Assembly (NCBI RefSeq): GCF_006345805.1
Contig: NC_042999.1
Location: 130,448,001 to 130,512,000, forward strand
Length of the DNA: 64,000 bases
Source of the DNA: Octopus sinensis
Taxonomy: Eukaryota
Direction of reading: 5' to 3'
The notes under the pieces are model-generated. The model was not told the origin of the DNA, made no database searches, and saw only the letters and a list, made by a program, of their open reading frames with translations. Within the stretch, counting starts at the first letter, position 1. The number at the start of each line of letters is the position of its first letter. The translations under genes were made by a program, and so were the position numbers. Shown one piece after another: positions 63,927 through 64,000 of the stretch.

Positions 63927-64000
63927 TAGGAGGCGCAATGGCCCAGTGGTTAGGGCAGCGGACTCGCAGCCATAGGATCGCGGTTTCGATTCCCAGACCG
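63927..64000 (+). mobile_element. tRNA-derived SINE family C head (cut by window end)
   Basis: GGAGGCGCAATGGCCCAGTGGTTAG...GGTTTCGATTCCCAGACCG, similar to 23076. Confidence 0.8.

Overview
AT-rich, repeat-dense eukaryotic genomic DNA, most likely from an octopod cephalopod. That assignment is inferred from the abundant tRNA-derived SINE and RTE families and the microsatellite load; it was not checked against a database. Two spliced minus-strand host genes can be reconstructed by hand. (1) The last 10 coding exons of a VEPH1/melted ortholog (63206 to 34383; 576 aa in-window, all splice phases consistent, C-terminal PH domain; the 5' end lies beyond the window). (2) A compact 3-exon HAUS1 (augmin subunit 1)-like gene (19851 to 16561, 266 aa; exon 1 tentative). 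The only long uninterrupted ORF is a 470-aa L1/Tx1-type ORF1 with a CCHC zinc knuckle (22485 to 21073). It sits in an element with no ORF2, arranged head-to-tail with a 5'-truncated copy of itself and ending about 110 bp upstream of the putative HAUS1 ATG on the same strand. The rest is decayed mobile DNA: Tc1/mariner (DD37D-like, DD41D, DD34D and a fold-back derivative), two pogo/Tigger elements, RTE LINEs, an RLE-type LINE fragment, a Penelope-like GIY-YIG remnant and at least four SINE/LINE-tail families. Other notable features are two type-I hammerhead ribozyme motifs, tandem RVxF motifs in VEPH1, and an apparent CpG-depletion boundary near 27 kb. No CRISPR, rRNA or true tRNA genes were seen. 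Repeat boundaries are approximate unless target-site duplications (TSDs) or terminal inverted repeats (TIRs) are quoted.
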